DNA of 64,000 bases from Nocardioides sp. (GTDB taxonomy: Bacteria > Actinomycetota > Actinomycetes > Propionibacteriales > Nocardioidaceae). The position numbers and the translations under genes were made by a program. This document shows positions 38,592 to 48,068 of this stretch, piece by piece. Positions within the stretch are counted from its first letter, which is position 1; each line of letters starts with the position of its first letter. The notes under the pieces are model-generated. The model made no database searches. It was not told where the DNA came from and saw only the letters and a list, made by a program, of their open reading frames with translations. The stretch covers positions 5,103 to 69,102 of the forward strand of contig NZ_DASUTK010000100.1 in the NCBI RefSeq assembly GCF_036374615.1, in the 5' to 3' direction.

Positions 38592-39281
38592 ATGGCGAGG
38601 ATTCCCGCGAGCGAGCAGCCCCCGGCGGGGGCCGCTCTGCGGGCGGACGCCGAGCGGAACAGGGAACGGGTTCTCGAGGCCGCGCGCCACGTCTTCGCCG
38701 AGCAGGGCTTGGACGCCTCGACGAACGCCATTGCTCGCCGCGCCGGTGTGGGTGTCGCGACCCTGTTCCGACGGTTCCCCACACGTGAGGACCTGATCGC
38801 AGCAGCCTTCGCCGAGAAGATGCATGCCTACGCCGAGGCCGTCGATGACGCGCTGGCCGCGCCAGATGCCTGGCACGGCTTCTGCGCCTACCTGGAAAGG
38901 GTCTGCCAGATGCAGGCCGACGATCGGGGCTTCGCTGACGTGCTCACCTTGACCTTCCCGACGGCCAAGGCTTTCGAGGAGCAGCGCAAGGAGATTGGAG
39001 AGAAGCTGACCAAGCTGCTCGACAGTGCCAAGGCCACCGGCCGCCTCCGGCCAGACTTCGCCCATCAAGATGTGCCCCTGATCCTGATGGCCAACGCCGG
39101 CGTCATCACCGCCACCAAGGACGCCGCTCCCGACGCGTGGCGTCGCCTCGTCGGCTACCTGTTGCAGGCCTTCGCCGCCGAAGCGGCGCAACCCCTGCCC
39201 GACCCGCCGTCGCGCGCGCAGATGTACCGAGCCCTCAAGCGCCTGGCGCCAACTCCGCACGGCGCACGCTCTTCGGGCTGA
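38592..39281 (+). CDS. TetR/AcrR-family regulator
   Basis: RADAERNRERVLEAA...IARRAGVGVATLFRRFPTR; ATG 6 nt after TAGGCT. Confidence 0.93.
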   Translation: MARIPASEQPPAGAALRADAERNRERVLEAARHVFAEQGLDASTNAIARRAGVGVATLFRRFPTREDLIAAAFAEKMHAYAEAVDDALAAPDAWHGFCAYLERVCQMQADDRGFADVLTLTFPTAKAFEEQRKEIGEKLTKLLDSAKATGRLRPDFAHQDVPLILMANAGVITATKDAAPDAWRRLVGYLLQAFAAEAAQPLPDPPSRAQMYRALKRLAPTPHGARSSG

Positions 39282-39336
39282 CGTCAGTCGCTGCACTGGC
39301 TCCAGGCACCAGCACACCGCCGGCGGGGTCAGCACC

Positions 39337-39358
39337 TGTCAGTGCCCCGTCGTAGCGT
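39337..39358 (+). promoter_or_regulatory. PafBC/RecA-NDp-type promoter TGTCAG-N10-TA-N3-T
   Basis: tgtcag tgccccgtcg TAgcgT, 7 nt before the ATG at 39366. Confidence 0.6.
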
Positions 39359-39365
39359 GCCGACC

Positions 39366-39725
39366 ATGGAGTCCACACATCACACGATCTCCTACGTCGA
39401 GCTGGCGGCTCCTGACCTCGCCGCCTCCAAGGCCTTCTACGCCGCCGCGTTCGGCTGGCAGTTCAACGACTACGGCCCGACCTATGCGGGCATCCGCGCG
39501 GCCGACGGCGACGGCGAGGTCGGCGGGCTCAACGCCGCCGCTCAGGGCGGGTCGGGCAACGGGCCGCTGGTGCTGCTCGTGTCCGAGGACGTCGACGCCT
39601 CGCTCGCCGCGGTCGAGGCCGCGGGCGGTCGGATGGTGACCCCGGTCGAGGCATACCCGGGCGGCCGCCGGTTCACCTTCGCCGACCCGGCCGGCACCGT
39701 GCTGGGCGTGTTCCAGATCGACTGA
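39366..39725 (+). CDS. VOC/glyoxalase-bleomycin-resistance family protein
   Basis: ISYVELAAPDL...FYAAAFGW...GGRRFTFADPAG. Confidence 0.88.
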   Translation: MESTHHTISYVELAAPDLAASKAFYAAAFGWQFNDYGPTYAGIRAADGDGEVGGLNAAAQGGSGNGPLVLLVSEDVDASLAAVEAAGGRMVTPVEAYPGGRRFTFADPAGTVLGVFQID

Positions 39726-39727
39726 CC

Positions 39728-40399
39728 TCAGGCCGGCGGCCAGACGTCGGCAGAACACGCGGCCACCAGGGCGCGGCGCGCGGCGCGCTCGAGGCTCGCC
39801 AATGCCTCTCGCCGGGCCGACATCTCGGCTGACCCGATGGCCCCGCCGTCGTCCGCCAGGCCGAGCCCGGCGATCCGCAGCACGCGGCCGGCCCGACCGG
39901 CCAGTGCCACCGCAGCCGCCGGGATCCCCGCCGGACCGGTCAGCTCGTCCGGACGCGCCAGATCGAGGAACTCGTCGGCAAGTACCGGCTGCCACCGTGC
40001 GACGTCGAGCCGCGCGAGCGTCTCGGCGGCCGAGAGCGTCTCCGATCGCAGCGCCCGGTCGGCCTCACCCAGATCTGGGACCTGACGCGGCGCGGCGTCG
40101 TACTGCTCCCACCACAGTGCCGAGCCTTGGCGCCGCGGCACCAGCGCGATGCCTCGACCGACCACGGCCTCGCCGACGGAGAGCGCCGCGGCGTTGAGCT
40201 CCCGGGGCCCGCCGAGCCCGAGCAGGTCGCCGGCGCGCGGGAGGGCGATCCCCACCCCGTCGGCGCCGCTGCGTCGCAACCCGGCCAGCTGGTCGAGGTC
40301 GAGCCCGAAGGACGTGAGCTCGTCGGCCGGCTCGTGCCCCCGGAGCCACGACGTGGCGTGCCAAGCCACGCAGGCCGAGACGGGCAAGGAAGACGTCAC
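39728..40399 (-). CDS. Hypothetical protein
   Basis: Coding-like GC3 pattern; LPRAGDLLGLGGP; GTG 8 nt after TATCGT. No family recognised. Confidence 0.65.
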   Translation of the reverse strand: MTSSLPVSACVAWHATSWLRGHEPADELTSFGLDLDQLAGLRRSGADGVGIALPRAGDLLGLGGPRELNAAALSVGEAVVGRGIALVPRRQGSALWWEQYDAAPRQVPDLGEADRALRSETLSAAETLARLDVARWQPVLADEFLDLARPDELTGPAGIPAAAVALAGRAGRVLRIAGLGLADDGGAIGSAEMSARREALASLERAARRALVAACSADVWPPA

Positions 40400-40453
40400 G
40401 GCGCGCGACGATACGCCGAGGGGCCTCGCAGCACGGTGGATAGGGTGGCCGCC

Positions 40454-41254
40454 ATGTCCGCCGTCCTCGAGTTCGCAGGTGTCACCGTGCGCCGGGGCGG
40501 GGCGACACTGATCGACTCGATCGACTGGTCGGTCACGGAGGACCAGCGCTGGGTGGTGCTGGGACCGAACGGAGCGGGCAAGACCACGCTGCTGCAGGTC
40601 GCGTCGGCACAGATCCACCCGACGGCCGGGGTGGCCGGGATCCTGGACGAGGTCCTCGGCACTGTCGACGTCTTCGAGCTGCGACCGCGGATCGGCCTGA
40701 CAAGCGCGGCGTTGGCCGAGCGGATCCCGCGTGACGAGCGGGTGCGCGACGTCGTGGTGTCGGCGTCGTACGGCGTGATCGGCCGCTGGCGCGAGGAGTA
40801 CGACGAGCTCGACCACGAGCGAGCACAGAACCTGTTGGTGGAGGTGGGTGTCGACCGGCTTGCCGACCGCACCTTCGGCACCCTCTCGGAGGGAGAGCGG
40901 AAGCGGGTCCAGATCGCGCGGGCTCTGATGACCGACCCCGAGTTGCTGCTGCTCGACGAGCCCGCTGCCGGCCTCGACCTCGGTGGCCGCGAGGACCTCG
41001 TCAGCACGCTGACCGTGCTCGCGAACGACGAGGCGTCGCCGGCGACCGTGCTGGTGTCCCACCACGTCGAGGAGATTCCACCCGGGTTCACCCACGCGCT
41101 CCTGCTACGCGACGGTGCGGTGGTCGCGTCGGGTCCGTTGCGAGACGTCGTGACGGAGGAGAACCTGTCCGCGACGTTCGGCCTGTCCCTCGTGCTGCGC
41201 TACGAAGCCGGTCGTTTCAGTGCCCGCCGACGGGCCCGTCGACACCTGGGTTGA
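40454..41254 (+). CDS. Stand-alone ABC ATP-binding protein (ModF-like)
   Basis: GPNGAGKTT, LSEGERKR, DEPAAGLD; no adjacent permease; ATG 7 nt after TAGGGT. Confidence 0.88.
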   Translation: MSAVLEFAGVTVRRGGATLIDSIDWSVTEDQRWVVLGPNGAGKTTLLQVASAQIHPTAGVAGILDEVLGTVDVFELRPRIGLTSAALAERIPRDERVRDVVVSASYGVIGRWREEYDELDHERAQNLLVEVGVDRLADRTFGTLSEGERKRVQIARALMTDPELLLLDEPAAGLDLGGREDLVSTLTVLANDEASPATVLVSHHVEEIPPGFTHALLLRDGAVVASGPLRDVVTEENLSATFGLSLVLRYEAGRFSARRRARRHLG

Positions 41255-41317
41255 CACCTGGGTTGACGGGCCGCGAGTCGCGGCTTGCGGCGTGGTGTGC
41301 CCGGATAGGCTGCCAGC

Positions 41318-41791
41318 ATGGAGGACTTCGCCAGCTGGCTCCAGGAGAACATGTGGGGTGGCTGGCTGGCGCTCGCGACGGTCCTCGGCATCGCGGAGAT
41401 GTTCAGCCTCGACCTGGTCCTGATCATGCTCGCGACGGGTGCACTGGGCGGGCTGGTGACCAGCCTGGTCACCGACGTGGTCGTGGTGCAGTTCCTGGTC
41501 GCGGTCGTGGTGTCCGTCGGGATGCTGGCCGTCGTGCGGCCCGGACTCGCCCGACGCCTGCACACCGGTCCTGAGCTGATGCTCGGCCACGGCAAGCTGG
41601 TCGGCACCCAGGCGCTGGTCACCGAGTCGATCACGTCCCAGGAGCCCGGGAGGGTGCGACTGGCGGGAGAGATCTGGTCCGCACGACCGTACGACGAGAC
41701 CTTGACCATCGACGCGGGGGAGACGGTCGAGGTGTTCGAGATCCGAGGAGCTACGGCCTACGTCCACCCCGTACCCCGACTCGAGGGCTGA
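41318..41791 (+). CDS. NfeD-family protein (short type)
   Basis: TM hairpin then OB fold (GRVRLAGEIWSAR); precedes SPFH; ATG 6 nt after TAGGCT. Confidence 0.88.
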   Translation: MEDFASWLQENMWGGWLALATVLGIAEMFSLDLVLIMLATGALGGLVTSLVTDVVVVQFLVAVVVSVGMLAVVRPGLARRLHTGPELMLGHGKLVGTQALVTESITSQEPGRVRLAGEIWSARPYDETLTIDAGETVEVFEIRGATAYVHPVPRLEG

Positions 41792-41815
41792 CGGCCCTCG
41801 ACCGACAGGAGAACC

Positions 41816-42991
41816 ATGACACCGCTCATCATCCTGGCGCTGGTGGCGCTGTTCGCCATCGTGATGCTGGCCAAGACGGTCAAGATCGTCCCGCAGGCTC
41901 GCGCCGGCATCGTCGAGCGGTTCGGCAAGTACCAGCAGACCCTGGACGCCGGCCTGAAGCTGATCGTGCCGTTCATCGACAAGGTCCGGTACCTCATCGA
42001 CCTGCGTGAGCAGGTGGTGAGCTTCCCGCCGCAGCCGGTCATCACCGAGGACAACCTGGTCGTCTCCATCGACACGGTCATCTACTTCCAGGTCACCGAC
42101 CCGGTGGCAGCGACGTACGAGATCGCGAACTACATCCAGGCCGTCGAGCAGCTCACGATGACCACGCTCCGCAACATCGTCGGTGGCATGGACCTCGAGG
42201 AGACCCTCACGAGCCGCGACGCGATCAACAGCCGGCTGCGTGGGGTGCTCGACGAGGCGACCGGCAAGTGGGGCATCCGCGTCAACCGAGTGGAGCTCAA
42301 GGGGATCGACCCGCCGCCGTCGATCAAGGACTCCATGGAGAAGCAGATGCGCGCGGACCGTGAGAAGCGGGCGGTCATCCTGACCGCCGAGGGCCAGCGG
42401 CAGGCCGCGATCCTCACGGCGGAGGGTTCCAAGCAGTCGGCGATCCTGAACGCCGAGGGCGACCGCGAGTCGCTGATCCTCCGCGCCCAGGCCGACCGGG
42501 AGTCCCAGATCCTGCGCGCCCAGGGCGAGGGGCAGGCGATCCAGACGGTCTTCCAGTCGATCCACGACGGGCAGCCCGACCAGGCGCTGCTGGCGTACCA
42601 GTACCTCCAGATGATGCCGAAGATCGCCGAGGGCGACGCCAACAAGGTATGGGTCATCCCGTCGGAGATCACCAAGGCGCTGGAGGGTCTCGGCTCGTCG
42701 CTCCACGAGATCGCGGGGATCCCGAAGGACGCGACGCCGCGCAAGCGGGTGGACATGGGGCCGTCAGAGCCCCAGCTGTCGACAACGTCGAGCGACCGGG
42801 AGCTGAGCGGTGCCAACAAGGCCGTCGAAGAGGCGATCGCCGCGGCCGAGAGCGCGGCCGCGCCGGGCCGCTCCAACGCGCCCACCCCGTCGACCGACCC
42901 GAGCGCGCCCGCCGATCCCGATCCGCTCGGGCTCGACGACCTGCCGTCGTCCTCAGGCCCGGCGTCGCCAGGGGAGCCGCCCAGCGCGTGA
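41816..42991 (+). CDS. SPFH/stomatin-prohibitin (band 7) protein
   Basis: VERFGKY, PPQPVITEDN, WGIRVNRVELK, QMRADREKRA. Confidence 0.93.
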   Translation: MTPLIILALVALFAIVMLAKTVKIVPQARAGIVERFGKYQQTLDAGLKLIVPFIDKVRYLIDLREQVVSFPPQPVITEDNLVVSIDTVIYFQVTDPVAATYEIANYIQAVEQLTMTTLRNIVGGMDLEETLTSRDAINSRLRGVLDEATGKWGIRVNRVELKGIDPPPSIKDSMEKQMRADREKRAVILTAEGQRQAAILTAEGSKQSAILNAEGDRESLILRAQADRESQILRAQGEGQAIQTVFQSIHDGQPDQALLAYQYLQMMPKIAEGDANKVWVIPSEITKALEGLGSSLHEIAGIPKDATPRKRVDMGPSEPQLSTTSSDRELSGANKAVEEAIAAAESAAAPGRSNAPTPSTDPSAPADPDPLGLDDLPSSSGPASPGEPPSA

Positions 42992-43749
42992 GCCCCTTCG
43001 AGGTCGCGGCCATCCTGCTGGCCGGGATGGCTGCCGGCACCATCAACACTGTGGTGGGGTCGGGAACGCTGATCACGTTCCCGACCCTGCTCGCGTTCGG
43101 CGTCCCGCCGGTCACGGCCAACGTGAGCAACACGGTGGGGCTCGTCCCCGGTTCGGTGTCCGGGGCGATCGGCTACCGCGCCGAGCTCGAGGGCCAGCGG
43201 AGCCGGCTCGTGCGGCTGGGGTCCGCGTCGCTGCTGGGTGGACTGGCCGGGGCCGCACTCCTGCTGTGGCTGCCGTCCAAGGCCTTCGACACGATCGTCC
43301 CCGCCCTGATCGGGATCGGCGTGCTGCTCGTGATCCTGGGCCCGGCCATCTCGCGTCGGGTCGCGGCACGTACCGAGCGCGAGGAGCCGGCTGAGCACGG
43401 CGCGACGTGGGTGTGGCTCGCCGTCCTGCTCACCGGCGTGTACGGCGGCTACTTCGGTGCCGCACAGGGCGTGCTGCTGGTGGCGATCCTCGGGATCGGG
43501 ATCGCGGACACCTTGCAGCGGCACAACGCGACCAAGAACGTGCTGGCGGCCATCGTCAACGCGGTGGCGGCCGTCGTCTTCATCCTCGTCGCGGACGTGG
43601 ACTGGGCGGTTGCCGGCCTGATCGCAGCCGGGTCGATCGTCGGCGGGCAGCTGGGCGCCACCGTCGGTCGCCGGCTGCCGGCACCCGTGCTGCGGGCGGT
43701 GATCGTCCTGGTCGGCCTCACGGCTCTCCTCGTGTTCCTGCTCGACTGA
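42988..43749 (+). CDS. TauE/SafE-family sulfite exporter-like membrane protein
   Basis: GTINTVVGSGTLITFP, GVYGGYFGAAQG, NATKN. Confidence 0.88.
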   Translation: MSPFEVAAILLAGMAAGTINTVVGSGTLITFPTLLAFGVPPVTANVSNTVGLVPGSVSGAIGYRAELEGQRSRLVRLGSASLLGGLAGAALLLWLPSKAFDTIVPALIGIGVLLVILGPAISRRVAARTEREEPAEHGATWVWLAVLLTGVYGGYFGAAQGVLLVAILGIGIADTLQRHNATKNVLAAIVNAVAAVVFILVADVDWAVAGLIAAGSIVGGQLGATVGRRLPAPVLRAVIVLVGLTALLVFLLD

Positions 43750-43779
43750 CCGGGAGCGCCGCCCCCCTAGCATGCAGTC

Positions 43780-44361
43780 ATGGACGAGCAGCTCACGGTC
43801 AAGCCCCTCTCACCCGAGACGTGGGACGCCTTCGCCGCGATGGTCGACCGCCACAACGGGATCTTCGGTGGATGCTGGTGCATCTGGTTCCACCCCGACA
43901 GCGACGAGCGCGGTCAGGGGGCCGAGGCGAACCGGGCGCTGAAGCGCCGCTTCGTCGACGAGGGCCGCGCCCACGCCGCCCTTGTTCTCGACGGTGACCG
44001 TGCGGTCGCGTGGTGTGAGTTCGGAACGCCGGAGGAGCTGCCAAACATCCACCACCGCAAGGACTACGAGGCGGCAGGTGAGCCGGCCCCGGACTACCGG
44101 CTGACGTGCCTCTTCATCGACAAGGAGTACCGCCGTCGCGGACTGTCGGCCATGGCACTGCACGGTGCCCTCGACCTGATCGCGGAGGCGGGTGGCGGCG
44201 TCGTCGAGGGGTACCCGCAGGACCTCTCCGACGGTCGGCGGGTCGGCAACTCGTTCCTCTACAACGGCACCCGAGCCCTTTACGAGCGCGCCGGCTTCAC
44301 GTACGTGCGCCCGAAGGGCAAGAACCACACCGTGATGAGGCGGACGGTGGCCGCCCGCTGA
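43780..44361 (+). CDS. GNAT-family N-acetyltransferase
   Basis: GCWCIWF, AWCEFG, TCLFIDKEYRRRG, VEGYP; ATG 6 nt after TAGCAT. Confidence 0.85.
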   Translation: MDEQLTVKPLSPETWDAFAAMVDRHNGIFGGCWCIWFHPDSDERGQGAEANRALKRRFVDEGRAHAALVLDGDRAVAWCEFGTPEELPNIHHRKDYEAAGEPAPDYRLTCLFIDKEYRRRGLSAMALHGALDLIAEAGGGVVEGYPQDLSDGRRVGNSFLYNGTRALYERAGFTYVRPKGKNHTVMRRTVAAR

Positions 44362-44417
44362 CGGTGGGACCCCCAGGTCGAGTCGGTCCATCGTCTTCTG
44401 GCACTAGCGTCACTCGC

Positions 44418-46148
44418 ATGCTGGTCCACCGCGACAACCGTGTGCTGCGGATCGTCGCAGGTGTCGCCTGCCTGGTCCTGGGGGCCTGGGTGCTGGGCCG
44501 TCCGTTCGCCTCGCTCGCCGTCCTGGTGATCGGGCTGGCGGCCGTCCTGATGGTGCTCGGAGTCCGGGAGCTGGTCGGCGAGGAACGCCCGTGGCCGTGG
44601 GTGACGCTGCTGACGGCAGGTGGTTGGTTCGTCTCGGCCCTGGTCCTGCTGGCGATCCCAGCATGGGGCTTCCGCGTCCTCGTGGTTGCGGTCGGCATCT
44701 GGCTGTTGATGGAGGGGCTGAGCAGGGTCGTCCGGGGGTTGCGTGGTGCCGCGGACGACCGCATGACGTCCGTCCTCTACGGTGCCGCGTCGATGGTCCT
44801 GGGCGTCCTGGCCCTACGGTGGCCCGACATCACCCTGACCGTCGTCGCGCTGGCCGTCGGGGTCCGCGTGCTCTGGCTCGGCCTCTCCCTGGTCTGGGGG
44901 GCGCTCCGTGGGATGCGTCCGGCGCGGCCGGCCCGGGGCCGGCTTCGTCGGGTCGGTCGAGCCGGGCTGGCGGCGCTCAGTCTGGTGCTGGCCCTCGGTC
45001 TCGCCGGCGTCAGCTACATGCTCCACGCGACGGCTCCGGTCCCCGATGCGTTCTACGCGACCCCGGCCGACGTGCCCGACGAACCGGGGCAGCTGCTGCG
45101 CGCCGAGCCCTTCACGCGGGCGATCCCGACGGGAGCGAGCGCCTGGCGGATCCTCTACACGACCACGCGGGACGAGGGGGTGCCGGCACTGGCGAGCGGG
45201 CTCGTCGTGACCTCCGACGAACGACCGGTCGGTCCGCGCCCGGTGCTCGCCTGGGCACACGGGACCACCGGCGTCGCGGAGGGTTGCGCGCCGTCGCTCC
45301 TCGGCGACCCGTTCGAGGCTGGTGCGATGCCGGCCCTCGACGAGGCACTGGCCGAGGGGTGGGTGGTCGTCGCCACGGATTACGTCGGACTCGGCACGCG
45401 GGGCCCGCATCCCTACCTGATCGGGCAGGGCGAGGGCCGCTCGGTGCTGGACGCGATCCGCGCCGCCCGTCAGCTGGACGGTCTCGACCTCGGCCACGAC
45501 ACCGTCGTGTGGGGCCACTCGCAAGGCGGCCACGCGGCGCTGTGGACCGGCGTCCTGGCATCGACGTACGCGCCCGATGCCGGGGTCGGCGGAGTCGCCG
45601 CCTTGGCTCCGGCGAGCGACCTGCCGGCCATGGTGGCCGGCCTCGACGACGTGCCCGTGGGCGCGCTGTTCGCCTCCTTCGTCGTCGCCGCCTACGACGC
45701 GACGTACCCCGACGTGCGTGCTCGCGACCTGGTCCGGCCCGGCGCGCGGATACCGGTGGAGGAGATGGCCGAACGGTGCCTCGCGGAACGCTCGGTGCTG
45801 GTGTCCGTGGTCCAGAACCTGCTCTTCGAGCAGTCGATCTTCAGCGGTGACCCCGCGACGGGTGCGACGGGCGACCGGCTCTCACAGAACGTGCCCTCCG
45901 GGCCGATCGACGTGCCCGTGCTGGTGGCGCAGGGACAGTCCGACGAGCTGATCACGCCGACCGTGCAGGCGGCGTACGTCGACGATCGCTGCCGAACCGG
46001 CGGCGAGGTCGACTACCGCACCTATCCCGGGATGGGTCACCTGGAACTCGTCGCCGCGGACTCACCGCTGGTGCCGGAGCTCCTCGAGTGGACCCGGGCG
46101 CGCTTCGCCGGGCAGCCGGTGACGCCGGCCCAGGCCTCCGGGTGCTGA
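44418..46148 (+). CDS. DUF308/HdeD membrane domain fused to a secretory lipase (LIP family)
   Basis: About 6 TM segments, then AHGTTG, DYVGLG, WGHSQGG, QGQSD..I, H; ATG 7 nt after TAGCGT. Confidence 0.85.
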   Translation: MLVHRDNRVLRIVAGVACLVLGAWVLGRPFASLAVLVIGLAAVLMVLGVRELVGEERPWPWVTLLTAGGWFVSALVLLAIPAWGFRVLVVAVGIWLLMEGLSRVVRGLRGAADDRMTSVLYGAASMVLGVLALRWPDITLTVVALAVGVRVLWLGLSLVWGALRGMRPARPARGRLRRVGRAGLAALSLVLALGLAGVSYMLHATAPVPDAFYATPADVPDEPGQLLRAEPFTRAIPTGASAWRILYTTTRDEGVPALASGLVVTSDERPVGPRPVLAWAHGTTGVAEGCAPSLLGDPFEAGAMPALDEALAEGWVVVATDYVGLGTRGPHPYLIGQGEGRSVLDAIRAARQLDGLDLGHDTVVWGHSQGGHAALWTGVLASTYAPDAGVGGVAALAPASDLPAMVAGLDDVPVGALFASFVVAAYDATYPDVRARDLVRPGARIPVEEMAERCLAERSVLVSVVQNLLFEQSIFSGDPATGATGDRLSQNVPSGPIDVPVLVAQGQSDELITPTVQAAYVDDRCRTGGEVDYRTYPGMGHLELVAADSPLVPELLEWTRARFAGQPVTPAQASGC

Positions 46149-46150
46149 GG

Positions 46151-47107
46151 TCAGGCGCCGCGCGAGGCGTCGGCATACCGCTGCGCCAGAAGCCTCACCT
46201 CGGCGAGCAGCTCGGGTGAGTCGAGCACCTCGAACGGTGCATCCCACCAGGCGAGGTACTTGGCGACCATGGCGGCGTCGTCGGAGCCGACGGTGACGAG
46301 GCAGGCGTGCTCGCCGTCCGGCTCGATCTCGACGGACGCAGGTGCCCGCTCGCGGATCAGGTCGGCCGAGGCGAGCAGACGCACGCGGTAGCGGCTCTGC
46401 CAGGGTGCGGTCTCGAGGGCGCGCACGACGAAGTGCTCGAAGCCGCCCTCGGGGTCGGGTCGCGGTTGGAAGCGTCGACCGTTGGGCACCTTGACCCGCA
46501 TCCGATCGACCCGGAAGGTCCGCCAGTCGTCTCGTGCGAGATCCCAGCCCAGCAGGTACCAACGGGCACCACGGTGGACGAGACGGTAGGGCTCGACCTC
46601 CCGATCCGTGTTCTTGCCGGAGGCGTCGCGATAACGGAACCTCAGCTGCTCGCGTGCGTGGATCGCGGCCGCGATCGGAGGCAGGGTGTCCATGGCGACC
46701 GTGGGACCGCCGAGTGGAGCGTTCAGCGTGGCGCCGGCCAGCGACTCGAGGCGGGGACGCAGGCGCGAGGGCAGCAGCGCGACGACCTTGGTGAAGGCTC
46801 GCATCGACGATGTGGCCGTGTCGGACAGGCCATGCGAAGCGGCGAGAACCAGTCCCAGCGTCACGGCCATCGCCTCGTCGTCGTCCAGCAGCAACGGCGG
46901 GAGCCGACTGCCGGCGCCGAGACGATACCCGCCCGCGACACCCGGTGTCGCCTCCACCGGGTAGCCCAGCTCGCGCAGCGTGGCCACGTCGTTGCGCAGC
47001 GTGCGCACGGACACGCCGAGCTCAGCCGCGAGGGACGGTCCGCCGTGGGCGCCCGGCACCTGCAGCCGGGCAAGGAGACGGAGCAACCGCGCGGAGGTCG
47101 TCAGCAC
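46151..47107 (-). CDS. YafY-type HTH-WYL transcriptional regulator
   Basis: LGVSVRTLRNDVATLR, GGYRLG, EPYRLV..ARWYLLGWD...WRTFRVDR. Confidence 0.92.
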   Translation of the reverse strand: MLTTSARLLRLLARLQVPGAHGGPSLAAELGVSVRTLRNDVATLRELGYPVEATPGVAGGYRLGAGSRLPPLLLDDDEAMAVTLGLVLAASHGLSDTATSSMRAFTKVVALLPSRLRPRLESLAGATLNAPLGGPTVAMDTLPPIAAAIHAREQLRFRYRDASGKNTDREVEPYRLVHRGARWYLLGWDLARDDWRTFRVDRMRVKVPNGRRFQPRPDPEGGFEHFVVRALETAPWQSRYRVRLLASADLIRERAPASVEIEPDGEHACLVTVGSDDAAMVAKYLAWWDAPFEVLDSPELLAEVRLLAQRYADASRGA

Positions 47108-47127
47108 GCTTCAGGCTATCCGACAAC

Positions 47128-47146
47128 GCGGAAGTGAACCTGCCGC
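47128..47146. promoter_or_regulatory. Palindrome GCGG(A/C)AG-N5-CT(G/T)CCGC; candidate WYL-regulator operator
   Basis: gcggaagtgaacctgccgc lies between the divergent WYL and VOC-like genes. Confidence 0.6.
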
Positions 47147-47193
47147 AATACGTGATGGGATGGAAGCATCCGATCCACGAAAGGACACTCGTC

Positions 47194-47634
47194 ATGGGAA
47201 CTCCCACCATCGCCACCGTCGTCTTCCCGGCTCGCGACTTCGAGGCCGGCGTGAGCGCGTGGACGTCGGTGTTCGGCACCGGCCCGGCCTTCTCCAGCAG
47301 CGGCGAGCAGACCCCGCCCGGTGAAGCCGACTTCGCGGTGTTCAAGACGCCGGACCTCGAGATCGCGCTGACGTCCCTGCCCTGGGTCGACGCGCCTCTC
47401 GTCTTCCTCGACGCCGAGGACATCGAGCGGACCCGGCAGGAGCTGGTCGACTCCGGCGCGACCGGGCTCGGTGAGGTCTCCGACGGTTCGCTCGCGGAGC
47501 TCGGCAGCGCGTCCATCACCAACGGGAGTCCCGAGACGGGGATCGTCGACGTCCCCGGCGCCAAGCTCGCAGTCGTGCGGCTCGCCGACGGGAACCTCCT
47601 CGGTCTTCGTCAGTCGATGCCCGCCGCTTGGTGA
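47194..47634 (+). CDS. VOC-like (glyoxalase fold) protein
   Basis: VVFPARDFEAG..AW..VFG; VRLADGNLLGL; RBS AAGGA. Confidence 0.65.
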   Translation: MGTPTIATVVFPARDFEAGVSAWTSVFGTGPAFSSSGEQTPPGEADFAVFKTPDLEIALTSLPWVDAPLVFLDAEDIERTRQELVDSGATGLGEVSDGSLAELGSASITNGSPETGIVDVPGAKLAVVRLADGNLLGLRQSMPAAW

Positions 47635-47653
47635 CCCGCGGCGCGGAAGCCGG

Positions 47654-48043
47654 TCACGGGCGACGGGTCGCCAGGACGCAGAACTCATTCTGCTCCGGGT
47701 CAGCCAGGCACACCCAGGGCTCGTCGCCGGTCTGGCCGACGTCCGCGTGGCGCGCGCCGAGGTCCAGCAGCCGACGGACCTCGGCCTCCTGGTCCCGGTC
47801 GGCCGGGTTGAGGTCGAGATGGAGCCGGTTCTTGACGGTCTTGCCCTCCGGCACGCGGGCGAAGGTCAGCGCCGGCGGCACCGGACCTCGGTGGGCCTCC
47901 GGGTCGGTCACGTCGGGCGAGCCGATGGTGACCACGTCGTCGTCCTGGTCGAGCACGTCGTAGCCGAGGACCGCGCACCAGAACTCGGCAAGCGCTCCTG
48001 GATTGGCACAGTCGATCGCCAGCTCGGTGAACTTGCTGGTCAT
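47654..48043 (-). CDS. VOC family protein (glyoxalase_6 type)
   Basis: LAIDCANPGALAEFW, KNRLHLDL, LADPEQNEFC. Confidence 0.88.
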   Translation of the reverse strand: MTSKFTELAIDCANPGALAEFWCAVLGYDVLDQDDDVVTIGSPDVTDPEAHRGPVPPALTFARVPEGKTVKNRLHLDLNPADRDQEAEVRRLLDLGARHADVGQTGDEPWVCLADPEQNEFCVLATRRP

Positions 48044-48068
48044 GCCACGTCCTCCCCGGTCCTGAGTG

